IMG/VR virus record: IMGVR_UViG_2778261168_000005
Strand: one strand, 5' to 3'
Origin: a virus
Lineage: Duplodnaviria > Heunggongvirae > Uroviricota > Caudoviricetes
Length of the DNA stretch: 40,133 nt
Every line of letters begins with the position of its first letter. Positions within the stretch are counted from its first letter, which is position 1. Shown one piece after another: positions 1-8,770 of this stretch. The notes under the pieces are model-generated. The model was not told the DNA's origin and ran no database searches. It saw only the letters and a list, made by a program, of their open reading frames with translations. The translations under genes and the position numbers were made by a program.

Positions 1-1020
1 CTACTTACCGACCACAAGCGGCAAATCCAGTGTTGGCGTGATTTTGGTTTTACGATCGTAAATCAACACCTGATTTTCTGTTTTGTGTCCACTGAAAATT
101 TGTTTGTCGCGACTGCTGCCTTCGTAATCTGAAATCCCTTTGGCTTTTATGTCATGGAAGTTGCACCCAAACGGAACGCCGGCTTTTTGCTCGGCTGCAC
201 GTTTAGCCTGATTCCACCAGTTGTTCAGCGTCTTGGCTATTACCTTCCCGCCTTTGGTTGTGTTGATCACATACTCGCATGTGCCGGAAGATACATTTCG
301 GGCTAACTGGATCGCCGTACGTAATCGCGGAGACCATTCCTTGATTTGTTTAGTTCCGGTCTTGTTTTGCTCAATGTAAATCCCTTTATCCATAATATCC
401 TGCCATTTCAGCTCGAGTACATCACCGAGCCTTGCCGCACAAAGATAGGATATCTCCATTGCAATACGTAACTGTGGAATTGCTTCCGCATATATTGCAG
501 CATACTGTTCATCGGTGATGTAAACAGTACGGGCTTTAAGTGTGAATTTTCTGGCTCCTTTGCATGGATTATTTTTCACATACCCACGCTCATATCCCCA
601 TCCGTATACGCGACTCAGACTTGCCAGTTCATGGTTTGCCTGGGTCTTGCTCTCAAGACCCCGCTTATCCATGAAAATTCTTACCTGCTCAATTTTTACA
701 TTATCAGCAAGCATTTTCCCGAATACCGCCAGTAATGCCCTTTGATGTTGCCGATAATCTTTTTGGGTTCGGGGGGCCAGTTCTGTAAATGCAGGGGAGT
801 CCATAAACATGTGCCATAATTTAGCTACGGTCATTATGTCGTGGAGTTTTGCCTTTTCCAGTTCATAATTTTGCCAGACTTTAGCCACGCTGGTTTCCCG
901 CACTCTTCCGAGCTTTATCGTTCTTGTGCTTCCTTTGGGTTTCCATACGTAACTGTAACCATTCGATCTAACGCGCGGTGGCAGTACATTATCTTTTTTG
1001 TCTTTTCTTGGTCTTCCCAT
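1..1020 (-). CDS. int: phage integrase (tyrosine recombinase family)
   Basis: 339-aa ORF at the prophage end, stop codon at bases 1-3, overlapped at its 5' end by a small xis-like ORF; size and Arg/Lys-rich N-terminus typical of lambdoid integrases. Catalytic residues not verified. Confidence 0.8.
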   Translation of the reverse strand: MGRPRKDKKDNVLPPRVRSNGYSYVWKPKGSTRTIKLGRVRETSVAKVWQNYELEKAKLHDIMTVAKLWHMFMDSPAFTELAPRTQKDYRQHQRALLAVFGKMLADNVKIEQVRIFMDKRGLESKTQANHELASLSRVYGWGYERGYVKNNPCKGARKFTLKARTVYITDEQYAAIYAEAIPQLRIAMEISYLCAARLGDVLELKWQDIMDKGIYIEQNKTGTKQIKEWSPRLRTAIQLARNVSSGTCEYVINTTKGGKVIAKTLNNWWNQAKRAAEQKAGVPFGCNFHDIKAKGISDYEGSSRDKQIFSGHKTENQVLIYDRKTKITPTLDLPLVVGK

Positions 1021-1240
1021 TATTCAGTGCCTCAAAATCGGGTTCAGCAGAAACCAGTTCAGATACTTTTGACATTGCTGTTAGTCCACGTGGAATATCA
1101 CAGCGCAGAACTATCGGCTCGTTTTTAGGCCCGATTAAAAATGGGATGCCGTGCAGTCTTAACTGGTGTTGCTGTCTTGTGTATCGCTTGTATTTCGTGA
1201 TCTCTTGAATCTCTGCTGGCGATAGAGTTAATTCATACAT
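989..1240 (-). CDS. putative excisionase / small DNA-binding protein
   Basis: 83-aa ORF immediately upstream of int and overlapping its start by about 30 nt, the usual xis-int arrangement; no clear SD. Assignment is by position only. Confidence 0.45.
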   Translation of the reverse strand: MYELTLSPAEIQEITKYKRYTRQQHQLRLHGIPFLIGPKNEPIVLRCDIPRGLTAMSKVSELVSAEPDFEALNNGKTKKRQKR

Positions 1241-1306
1241 GTGGTCACGTGCCTTACAGCATGACCGCCGCCAATATAATTCGGAGGCGGCGATCAGGGT
1301 TGAACA

Positions 1307-3787
1307 TTAAAAATCAGCCTGACTCGGGATCAGTTTTTGTATCGTAGCTGTAACGTATTTTGCCTGGTGACGGGCGTCATCCAGTGCATTGTGGCGCACG
1401 CCTTCGAATGGAATAACGGTTCTGGCATCAAAGTCGATTGTTTTTCCCAGCTCAACGATTGTGCGTACATCGCGATCGTTGTGGTAGCTCCACGGGCAGG
1501 GGATGTCCAGACGTTCGTATGAGGTGCGCAAAATTGCGTTATCGAAAGTTGCACCATTACCCCATACCTGAACGAATTTTTCATCTGAGTATTCGTTGAT
1601 GAACTCCCGAAACTGCGAAAGGGCATCCTTCAGTTTTACCTGGTCTGTTAAAATGGCAGCTCTGGCTTCACTGGACTGCTTCAGCCACCATTCGATGGTT
1701 CCACCGTCAGGAACAGCCCCTGTATTCATTGCGTCAGTCAGACTGATAACGATATAAAATACTGGCCCGATTTCCCCTGTTTGTGGGTCGAAGAAAACCG
1801 CACCAATAACCACGATGGGCGCATTGGTGTTGGTTCCCATTGTTTCAAGGTCGATCATCAGGTGGTACCACACTCTGCTGGTGGATGTGATAACGTGATG
1901 ACCGTTCACCGCAATTAAGGGATCTGCCGTCTCGCCAGTTTCATTATCGCTGGCGTGGTCCTGAGCGCTGCCAGCATTCTCCTTGTGTGGATGTTCAGCG
2001 CCTTCCATTTCCTCCGGATCATTTTCCTGAACTTCAACCTGATTCTCTTCATCGAATGTTTCCTGATATGTTGCGTCGCCCATCACCGCACCACAATCAG
2101 GGCAGTTGCCGCCACCGATCTGACCGCAGGCGGTGCAGACTTTTTCCGCTTCCTGTTGCGCTACCGGTTCGGATTGTTTCGTTTCTGGCTCGTTTTGTAA
2201 CGCATTTTGGCTGTTTTGTTCCGCTTTCTGGTTGTTCTGTTCCGTTTCTTGCTGGTTCTGGTTCACAGAATCGCGGGTTTCAATCCCCTTCACCCATTTC
2301 GGATCATTCGGGTCGCTAATCCCTGCAACAAATTCTCCGCGAGAGGCAGCAAGCAGTTCATTAGCGTCAGGCTGGCTGATATTGGCTGCCTGCATAATTT
2401 TGTTTACTTCGTCAGCGGTAACTTTTACCGGCTCTGGTTGTGCGGTCGTGTCAGATGCACCAGTATTTTGTTGTGAGCCTGAGTATGTACCGTTTTTGCG
2501 GGCAAAATATTCTTCTTTCGTGATTTCAGTAGCCCCTGCAGCCAGCGCCTTATTCAGACCAGAAAGTTTGTTTGCACGACCATATTTTTCGCCATCCTTA
2601 TCGGTGAAAAGGAAGTAGAACGGCCCCTCACGCTCTACAGATGGTTCAGTTTCCAGCGTGTTTTCATTTTTTTGGGTATCAGATACTTCAGTTTCCACTG
2701 CATCAGTTTGTACTGCTGACGGCTGGAGAATATCAGCAGTGTTCTGGTCTGTTTCTTCATCCTCAAACACGCCCTTTGTCGCCAGGTATTCAGTGATGTA
2801 TTTGTTCAGTGCTACGGGATCTTTGTGAATGTCGATCGGACGCTCACGGACAAGGCCAAAAATAGTCTGACGGTCGTAGCGAACGGCATCGGGTTGTTTG
2901 CGCATAGATGCGGAAATGCGCTTCCAGTCTTCGCGATCTTTGTCGATAACTTCATTTTTTGCCCAGCGATGGATGCTGCCGTCAATGTTTCCGGCATTAA
3001 TATCGCCAGGCCACAGAGCGTAGGCCAGTTCTTCATCCAGCGTTTTCCATGTCTGCTTGTATTCGCGATGAATGGCGGCAGTGGCGGGGTTGATTTTTCC
3101 TGCTGAGTTTTCAGTGTGCTGCCGGTTGACTCTGGCGCGGGCAAGATCAACAACAGACGTGTATTTCCCGGTTTCTTTGCGTTCGGTTTCGCGACGTTTT
3201 TTCCAGGTGCGTAATTCTGTCTGGATCTCAGGCCATTTTGCACCCGGCTTACATTTATGTTTAACCCACCCGATGGCGAGCAGCTTTAGTTCTGAATACA
3301 TGACGTTAACTTCAGGCATTTTCATCAATGCCTCAACGATATGCCCGTCGAATGTTGCCATGTCCTCCTGCAACAATTCCTGTGCACTAATCACCATATC
3401 AACGGTGATGTTTTCACATGTACCGAACTTAACCAGGACCGCGTTCTGTACTTCAAGGGACAGCTTGTCAAAATTGACGTTCATCGGATCGGATTCTGGT
3501 TCGACCGGGACAAAGGAAGCGCCTTCCTCATCCCAGCGGTTTTCCAGCATATATTCGGTATCCCAGGAGTCGATGGCAGGGCGGGGCATGCCGGGTTTAT
3601 CCTCGCAGACAAGAAATTTATAAGCGCAGTCCTGAGCAGCCGGATATTGCTCCAGGAATTGCCAGGTAAATTTGGCACGGGCGCGACGTTCGTCGCCGGC
3701 TTCAATGGCAGTGGCTACAGCGACTGCACCTTCTTTCTTTATTGCCTGTTCGTCCGGAATGGCGGCGCAAATAAAGACTTTACTCAT
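1307..3787 (-). CDS. phage exonuclease, RecE-like central region with C-terminal DEDDh-type 3'-5' exonuclease domain
   Basis: 826-aa ORF; SD GAGG about 10 nt upstream of ATG. C-terminal 170 aa carry DnaQ-like motifs (MIDLETMG..., ...[13 protein letters not shown]); a central stretch ([29 protein letters not shown]) resembles exodeoxyribonuclease VIII as I recall it. Confidence 0.7.
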   Translation of the reverse strand: MSKVFICAAIPDEQAIKKEGAVAVATAIEAGDERRARAKFTWQFLEQYPAAQDCAYKFLVCEDKPGMPRPAIDSWDTEYMLENRWDEEGASFVPVEPESDPMNVNFDKLSLEVQNAVLVKFGTCENITVDMVISAQELLQEDMATFDGHIVEALMKMPEVNVMYSELKLLAIGWVKHKCKPGAKWPEIQTELRTWKKRRETERKETGKYTSVVDLARARVNRQHTENSAGKINPATAAIHREYKQTWKTLDEELAYALWPGDINAGNIDGSIHRWAKNEVIDKDREDWKRISASMRKQPDAVRYDRQTIFGLVRERPIDIHKDPVALNKYITEYLATKGVFEDEETDQNTADILQPSAVQTDAVETEVSDTQKNENTLETEPSVEREGPFYFLFTDKDGEKYGRANKLSGLNKALAAGATEITKEEYFARKNGTYSGSQQNTGASDTTAQPEPVKVTADEVNKIMQAANISQPDANELLAASRGEFVAGISDPNDPKWVKGIETRDSVNQNQQETEQNNQKAEQNSQNALQNEPETKQSEPVAQQEAEKVCTACGQIGGGNCPDCGAVMGDATYQETFDEENQVEVQENDPEEMEGAEHPHKENAGSAQDHASDNETGETADPLIAVNGHHVITSTSRVWYHLMIDLETMGTNTNAPIVVIGAVFFDPQTGEIGPVFYIVISLTDAMNTGAVPDGGTIEWWLKQSSEARAAILTDQVKLKDALSQFREFINEYSDEKFVQVWGNGATFDNAILRTSYERLDIPCPWSYHNDRDVRTIVELGKTIDFDARTVIPFEGVRHNALDDARHQAKYVTATIQKLIPSQADF

Positions 3788-3867
3788 TTTGTTTTAACCT
3801 CATTACAGATTTAAGGGTGAACAAATCCCTGCCATTGCTGGCATATAAAAATGAAACCGGATATTAA

Positions 3868-4071
3868 TTACGGCGCTGTTTTAAGTCCTGCCGGGATTTC
3901 GTTATTATCCATGTGAATAACTTTATCGACCGGATAGCAGTTACCGGGAATTTTTTGTTCTGCTGCGGCAGCCATGCATTCTTTCATTGAACCGTAAATG
4001 TCAATAACCATGTCAACAGGCTCGCCAGTATTAAGGAAAACAGTCAGAGTGAGGGCAATAGCAGTATTCAT
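3868..4071 (-). CDS. hypothetical small protein with hydrophobic N-terminus
   Basis: 67 aa from internal ATG (MNTAIALTLTVF...) preceded by AGGA about 9 nt upstream; the longer 85-aa ORF lacks an RBS. Confidence 0.4.
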   Translation of the reverse strand: MNTAIALTLTVFLNTGEPVDMVIDIYGSMKECMAAAAEQKIPGNCYPVDKVIHMDNNEIPAGLKTAP

Positions 4072-4256
4072 TGCCAGTATCCTTTTTGCATCGGGCGTAA
4101 ACGTGCCAGCATTGAAAGAATGCATATTTTATTTAATAGCTCCCGTTCGTGTTTTCTCTTATTAATGGCATCTTCAGTAAATGCAGGGTTACTGATTTTG
4201 ACACCAATTTCAAAACAACCTTCAGACGTATTAACGTTTGGTAATAACGTTTCCAT
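4068..4256 (-). CDS. hypothetical protein
   Basis: 62 aa from METLLPNV..., SD GAGGA about 7 nt upstream; stop overlaps next gene start. Confidence 0.35.
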   Translation of the reverse strand: METLLPNVNTSEGCFEIGVKISNPAFTEDAINKRKHERELLNKICILSMLARLRPMQKGYWQ

Positions 4257-4440
4257 TATCGCGTCCTCAACAATGAATTTTGTGATACGGTGCCTGGTGC
4301 CTCCAGGTGACGTTAACCAGTTAACAATTAACGCCGGATACAGAGAACCCACCCATAAGAACCAATACGGAAGTCAACTGGCCTTTTTAACTGTTCCGCG
4401 TGCGCTGAGCCGCATTCACCGCATCACAAAATTCACTTTA

Positions 4441-4485
4441 AAAAGGGCGGGTATCACAAGGGAAAACAAAAAACGGATACCCGCC
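4441..4485 (-). terminator. putative intrinsic terminator on the leftward transcript
   Basis: 10-bp inverted repeat GGCGGGTATC ... GATACCCGCC (4446-4455 / 4476-4485) with a 20-nt loop, followed on the minus strand by CTTTTT. Confidence 0.4.
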
Positions 4486-4817
4486 AAAAGGTAATCAACA
4501 TGGGTTGTTGCAGCGGGGTTGTCACTTAAGCGTATGGTCAACCTGACAACCCGGTGTACTCAACGGGGAAGGAATAACCCCGCCATACTTACCGCCGCGC
4601 CATTTCGCGGAGTGCCACAACCGGAAGCGCACAGACGAAGATGTCAGTGGTACACAACAAAGGGAGGAATGACTTCGCTGTGCGCTTCCGTGTTATGCCC
4701 TGACTTTTCAGGGATATATCCTTTCAGTAAACTGCCAGTGCCGGATGCTCACCCGTGTCCGGCGCACGCACTCCACCTCACCCGTGGAGAACTCCTTAAT
4801 TAACAACCCTCAGGAGG

Positions 4818-5048
4818 GTGATTTTGAACACAATAAAAACCACTATTAATAATGATTTATCCCATGATGGAATAAATGCCGAATTAAGAGCCATTAAGCT
4901 CGCGATAGCTTTGATGGCAACAAGACTTCCGCCAGAACTTCGCTCAGATTGTGTAACAGATGCTTTAAAAAGCACAGGTGATAAACATGCCACTGAATTA
5001 GCAAACCTGATTCAACAATTCATAGATGAGGCGAATTCTCAAAACTGA
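4818..5048 (+). CDS. hypothetical protein on the opposite strand within the leftward operon
   Basis: 76-aa ORF starting at GTG directly after AGGAGG (4809-4814); normal amino-acid composition; candidate promoter TTTTCA-N17-TAAACT at about 4706-4734. Confidence 0.4.
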   Translation: MILNTIKTTINNDLSHDGINAELRAIKLAIALMATRLPPELRSDCVTDALKSTGDKHATELANLIQQFIDEANSQN

Positions 5049-5199
5049 TTGTTATTTCTTTCTGAAAACTTTTACTATCCAGGCATTTTTTTGCTAACCA
5101 AATGCGGGCCTCTGTGCCTGCATTGGGCTCCAGTTCATGTAAGCGTTTTGCATCTTCCAGAAGCAAGGCAATAACGTGTTTAAGTTCTGTTTCATTCAT
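5020..5199 (-). CDS. hypothetical protein
   Basis: 59 aa from MNETELKHV..., SD GAGG 6 nt upstream. Confidence 0.4.
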   Translation of the reverse strand: MNETELKHVIALLLEDAKRLHELEPNAGTEARIWLAKKCLDSKSFQKEITISFENSPHL

Positions 5200-5214
5200 C
5201 GTCAACCTCATCGG

Positions 5215-5430
5215 TCAGTAGTTTGCAATCACTCGCGAAACGTTTAATGCCGCTCTTTTTGCCAGAGTGGTAATATCTTGCTCCGCTGATGCCAGTTCTT
5301 TAGAGAGGCGCTCTTTGTAGTCAGCAGCCTGCTTCATGTCATTAATGGCGCGTATCTTCCCGCACATCCATTCGTAAATTTCATCATCGGTATAGTCTGG
5401 CGCGATGATGACGGGTTCTCGTTTCTGCAT
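5215..5430 (-). CDS. hypothetical protein
   Basis: 71-aa ORF in the leftward operon, tightly packed with neighbours. Confidence 0.45.
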   Translation of the reverse strand: MQKREPVIIAPDYTDDEIYEWMCGKIRAINDMKQAADYKERLSKELASAEQDITTLAKRAALNVSRVIANY

Positions 5431-5460
5431 ACTGAATTCCTCGCGGTGCCGCTTCGCTTA

Positions 5461-5589
5461 TCAGCCGTTAGATTTTGCCGAACTGGAAAGCGCCTGTTTA
5501 AACTCACTGAAGCTGAGAGCTTCTTCGCCTTCGGCAAGGCCTTCGAAGTATTCTTCGTAAGCCTTTTCCATGATTGTGTCGAAATCCAT
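5461..5589 (-). CDS. hypothetical small acidic protein
   Basis: 42-aa ORF (MDFDTIMEKAYEEYFEGLAEGEE...) below the ORF-track cutoff; SD GGTGA 5-6 nt upstream; fills the gap between flanking genes. Confidence 0.3.
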   Translation of the reverse strand: MDFDTIMEKAYEEYFEGLAEGEEALSFSEFKQALSSSAKSNG

Positions 5590-5590
5590 A

Positions 5591-5746
5591 TCACTCACCT
5601 GAGTTTCTTTCCAGCCAGCGACGTGCGCCAGATTCGGTTTTAAACGTTTTGCTTTTGGTATACGTCATCGCGGTGAATGTGCCGTCCTGGTTGGGAAACA
5701 CGCCGTATACCAGAGATTCGTTGTTGCCAAGATCGATAGTATCCAT
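5591..5746 (-). CDS. small prophage protein (YdfA/DUF1391-like)
   Basis: 51 aa from internal ATG (MDTIDLGNNESLVYGVFPNQDGTF...) with SD GAGG 6 nt upstream; resembles small proteins found next to repressor genes in E. coli lambdoid prophages (from memory). Confidence 0.5.
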   Translation of the reverse strand: MDTIDLGNNESLVYGVFPNQDGTFTAMTYTKSKTFKTESGARRWLERNSGE

Positions 5747-5900
5747 GCTGACCTCATTTCCCCTTAACGCCGGGGTAGCGGAACTAAGATCTGTCGCACC
5801 GTTGTGCTTTGATGACTGAATGATACTACTTGAAGTAGATATGTCAACACTATAAGTAGAGTTAGTTGCGTTTTTGTCTACATAAAGTTGTTTTTTAAGA

Positions 5901-5925
5901 CAAAAAAAACCCGGCAATGCCGGGG
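5901..5925 (-). terminator. intrinsic terminator downstream of the repressor gene
   Basis: Minus-strand hairpin CCCGG-CATTG-CCGGG followed by 8 T; lies just past the repressor stop codon (5944). Confidence 0.6.
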
Positions 5926-5943
5926 TGTTGTTAACAGATAAAG

Positions 5944-6432
5944 TCACTCAGAAGGCGGTGGGGTGCTGGCGTATTTCTCGTAGAAATCGTAAAGTTTCTT
6001 GAGTCTCATCTCAAAAGCCAGAAGCATATTCTTGGCTTCAACTGGCGGAAACTCCCGAAACGTTCGTATCAGTCGCTTTTCATCTTCACTTAACTCAGTA
6101 AATTCGCCATTGCTATTGGCACCAGATCTTTGAGTTACAAATGAATCTTCTGCCGGTTCAATTCCTTTCTCTGTTAGCTGACCGTATTCCAGCCATGCAG
6201 GTTCAACACCCAGAAATTCTGCTATTCGTTCGAGTTTTTCGTCGCGGGGTTTAGCTGTACCTAGGGTGTAGCGCCGCGCCATTTCGTATGTGACGCCCGT
6301 AGATAAGCTTAAGTCTTTGATGGATTTGTTTTTTCTATCCATTTCTGACTTAAGTCTTGTTGCGAATGCGTGATGTTTATGTGCGTTTTCTACCATATGT
6401 AGAAGATTAAAGCAGTTGCCTCGATTCGTCAT
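5944..6432 (-). CDS. phage repressor-like HTH (XRE-family) transcriptional regulator
   Basis: ORF 5944-6453 with helix-turn-helix-like segment (KSIKDLSLSTGVTYEMARRY); divergent from a Cro-like gene with operator repeats between. Start uncertain (TTG 6453, ATG 6432 or ATG 6396); no SD, possibly leaderless. Confidence 0.65.
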   Translation of the reverse strand: MTNRGNCFNLLHMVENAHKHHAFATRLKSEMDRKNKSIKDLSLSTGVTYEMARRYTLGTAKPRDEKLERIAEFLGVEPAWLEYGQLTEKGIEPAEDSFVTQRSGANSNGEFTELSEDEKRLIRTFREFPPVEAKNMLLAFEMRLKKLYDFYEKYASTPPPSE

Positions 6433-6437
6433 TTCTA

Positions 6438-6476
6438 TTTTGTGTAGTTGCAAATTCTACTTTGTGTAGTATTATT
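6438..6476. promoter_or_regulatory. immunity-region operator/promoter (rightward TTGCAA-N16-TATTAT with two TTGTGTAGT operator repeats)
   Basis: Direct repeat TTGTGTAGT at 6440-6448 and 6462-6470 (22-bp spacing); -35 TTGCAA 6448-6453 and -10 TATTAT 6470-6475 oriented toward the Cro-like gene. Confidence 0.5.
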
Positions 6477-6502
6477 TCCCCGTTCTTGAAATGGAGCTAA
6501 CG

Positions 6503-6787
6503 ATGAGCACTACATACAAAAACATTACAGAAAAGGCGGTTATGGCTATTGGTTCTCCTTCTGCTGTAAGTCGCATGTTTGGTTTCAAATCGCCTCAATC
6601 CATTTTTAATTGGATTATTAGGAACAGGGTTCCTAGTGAGAGGGTTATTAGGCTTTGTGAGCTTGGGGGATGGATTGTTACTCCGCATGATCTCCGGCCT
6701 GATTTGCACCCTACTCCAGTTAGTGGGATTCCAGAAGAAGTTATCAGATCCAAAAAAATAGGGTTGATTCATGAAAATCAAGCATGA
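6503..6787 (+). CDS. Cro-like / YdaS-family small DNA-binding protein
   Basis: 94 aa from ATG 6503, SD GGAG 7 nt upstream; divergent from the repressor; resembles YdaS-type proteins (from memory). Confidence 0.6.
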   Translation: MSTTYKNITEKAVMAIGSPSAVSRMFGFKSPQSIFNWIIRNRVPSERVIRLCELGGWIVTPHDLRPDLHPTPVSGIPEEVIRSKKIGLIHENQA

Positions 6788-7196
6788 ACACATCCGCATG
6801 GCGATGAATGCCTGGGCGCATCCGGACGGCGAAAAAGTACCGGCTGCGAAAATTACCAAAGCGTATTTCGAACTGGGTATGACGTTCCCTGAACTGTATG
6901 ACGACAGCCATCCGGAAGCCCTGGCTCGTAATACCCAGAAAATTTTCCGCTGGGTGGAGAAAGACACTCCTGATGCGGTTAAAAAAATTCAGGCGTTGTT
7001 ACCAGCAATCGAAAAAGCAATGCCACCTCTGCTGGTGGCCCGAATGCGCAGCCACAGTTCAGCCTATTTTCGGGAGCTGGTGGAGACGCGGGAACGGCTG
7101 GTGAGAGACGCTGATGATTTAGTCGCAGTTGCGATCGCTGGTTTCAACCAGATGAATCGCGGTGGCCCGGCAGGAAATATTGTAGCAGTGCATTGA
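6771..7196 (+). CDS. YdaT-like protein (putative CII-like regulator)
   Basis: 141-aa ORF overlapping the Cro-like gene end; YdaT family recalled from the Rac prophage ydaS-ydaT pair. Confidence 0.55.
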   Translation: MKIKHEHIRMAMNAWAHPDGEKVPAAKITKAYFELGMTFPELYDDSHPEALARNTQKIFRWVEKDTPDAVKKIQALLPAIEKAMPPLLVARMRSHSSAYFRELVETRERLVRDADDLVAVAIAGFNQMNRGGPAGNIVAVH

Positions 7197-7267
7197 CTGG
7201 CAATATTCATACCGGATCGCTTCCGGCAATTTGTGAGTAAAAAGATTCGGTATCAGAAGAGGTGAGT

Positions 7268-8287
7268 ATGGCTAACGCCTGGCTCAGATTATGGCATGAC
7301 ATGCCAAATGATCCTAAGTGGCGAACAATTTCCAGGGTGTCAGGACAGCCAATCGCAACAGTAATGGCTGTGTATATCCACCTTCTGGTGAGCGCGTCAC
7401 GACATGTCACGACATGTCACGGCGTGTCACTACGCGGTCACATTGATGTCACGACGGAAGATTTAGCAAGTGCGCTTGATGTGACAGAAGAGGTTATTGA
7501 TTCAATTTTACAGGCAATGCAGGGTCGGGTGCTTGATGGAGATTTAATCACTGGATGGGAAAAACGCCAGGTACTGAAAGAGGACAATGGCAACGTTTCG
7601 CAAACCGCGAAATCCCCGGCAGAGCGCAAGAGAGCGCAGCGTGAGAGGGAAAAATTACGAAAACAGAATGATGAGTGTCACGACATGTCACGACGAGTCA
7701 CGACAGATAAAGATACAGATAAAGAATTAAACCCCACACATAACGCGCGCGTGCGCGAGAGTGCTCCGATCGGTGAGTCGAACGGTACGCCATCGCAGAC
7801 AACGGAGCCCGAATATCTGGACGGCATGAGCGAACCCATCGGGAAACTTCCGATGACCGATGGCTGGCATCCGTCTCCGGATTTTCGACGACGGGCTGCT
7901 CTGTGGGGAGTGGCTCTGCCTGAGCCGGAATTTACACCAGCTGAACTTGCAGCCTTCCGGGACTACTGGGCAGCGGAGGGGAAAGTGTTCACGCAGATTC
8001 AGTGGGAGCAGAAATTCGCCCGTCACGTAAATCACGTCAGGGCGCAGGCTAAACCAGTCAGCAAGGGGGCAAACCATGCAGCAGCACCAGGTGGCACCGC
8101 ATCACGGGCAGTTCAGGAAATTCGGGCAGCACGTGAGCAGTGGGAACGTGAAAACGGATTTATCAGCGACGGAAACGGCGTGGAAGCTGTGGGAACTCAT
8201 GGGGGAGGTTTATTCAAACCGCTGGACCCAGAAGAACGGGGCCGCACCTTCGAAGCTCTGGATTGCACAGATTGGCGTGATGACTGA
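7268..8287 (+). CDS. replication initiation protein, O-like (DUF1376/YdaU-type N-terminus)
   Basis: 339 aa from ATG 7268 (SD GAGGTGA); N-terminus MANAWLRLWHDMPNDPKWRTI...; contains two clusters of GTCAC iterons, as lambda ori lies within O. Confidence 0.65.
   Translation: MANAWLRLWHDMPNDPKWRTISRVSGQPIATVMAVYIHLLVSASRHVTTCHGVSLRGHIDVTTEDLASALDVTEEVIDSILQAMQGRVLDGDLITGWEKRQVLKEDNGNVSQTAKSPAERKRAQREREKLRKQNDECHDMSRRVTTDKDTDKELNPTHNARVRESAPIGESNGTPSQTTEPEYLDGMSEPIGKLPMTDGWHPSPDFRRRAALWGVALPEPEFTPAELAAFRDYWAAEGKVFTQIQWEQKFARHVNHVRAQAKPVSKGANHAAAPGGTASRAVQEIRAAREQWERENGFISDGNGVEAVGTHGGGLFKPLDPEERGRTFEALDCTDWRDD
7395..7457. repeat. iteron cluster 1 (six GTCAC-containing repeats at about 10-bp phasing), candidate replication origin
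   Basis: GTCACGACAT GTCACGACAT GTCACGGCGT GTCACTACGC ... GTCAC ... GTCACGAC; GTCAC starts at 7395, 7405, 7415, 7425, 7437, 7448. Confidence 0.6.
7677..7730. repeat. iteron cluster 2 (three GTCACGAC repeats) plus adjacent AT-rich stretch
   Basis: GTCACGACAT GTCACGACGA GTCACGACAG at 7677-7706, then ATAAAGATACAGATAAAGAATTAAA. Confidence 0.55.
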
Positions 8288-8741
8288 GCAGCAAATCCGG
8301 CAGGTCTGCCGCCAGTGCATGGACCGCTGCCGGGCGGGTGAAACATGGCCTCCGGATCTAGCTGAGTTTGTGGCGCTGATTTCGGAAAGCGGGGCCAATC
8401 CATTCGGTCTGACCGTGGATGCTGTGATGGAGGAGTACCGCCGCTGGCGCAATGAGTCCTGGCGATACGACGGAAGCGATAAGTATCCGTGGTCTCAGCC
8501 TGTGCTGTATCACATTTGTCTCGAGATGCGTTCAAAGGGGATTGAGCGCCAGATGACCGAAGGGGAGTTAAAACGGCTTGCAGAACGGCAGCTGACGAAA
8601 TGGGCAAAGCATGTTGGTAACGGCCTGAGCGTTCCGCCAGTCCGGCGACAACTGACGGCACCCAAACGCCCGTCGGGGCCAACGCCAATTGAGTTGCTGA
8701 AACAGGAATATGAACGCAGGAAAGCGGCAGGTTTTGTTTGA
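8076..8741 (+). CDS. replication protein P-like (helicase loader)
   Basis: 221-aa ORF; alignable by eye to lambda P (YPWSQPVLYHICLE vs YPWKSNAHYWLVT; MTEGELKRLAERQL vs LTDAELRRKAADEL). ATG 8076 has SD AGGGGG but overlaps the O-like gene by 212 nt; alternative start ATG 8280 overlaps the O stop. Confidence 0.6.
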   Translation: MQQHQVAPHHGQFRKFGQHVSSGNVKTDLSATETAWKLWELMGEVYSNRWTQKNGAAPSKLWIAQIGVMTEQQIRQVCRQCMDRCRAGETWPPDLAEFVALISESGANPFGLTVDAVMEEYRRWRNESWRYDGSDKYPWSQPVLYHICLEMRSKGIERQMTEGELKRLAERQLTKWAKHVGNGLSVPPVRRQLTAPKRPSGPTPIELLKQEYERRKAAGFV

Positions 8742-8770
8742 GTTGATAAGTAATTTTACCGGGAGGGTTT

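Noticed and set aside
1955-3814. Several plus-strand ORFs (81-183 aa) inside the exonuclease gene
   Set aside because: All lie antisense within a long ORF with recognisable exonuclease motifs; odd composition.
4796-4993. 65-aa minus-strand ORF overlapping the plus-strand 76-aa ORF
   Set aside because: GTG start without SD, whereas the plus-strand ORF has a perfect AGGAGG; kept the plus-strand call at low confidence.
6497-6967. 156-aa minus-strand ORF
   Set aside because: Antisense to the Cro-like and YdaT-like genes and runs through the operator region; no start signals.
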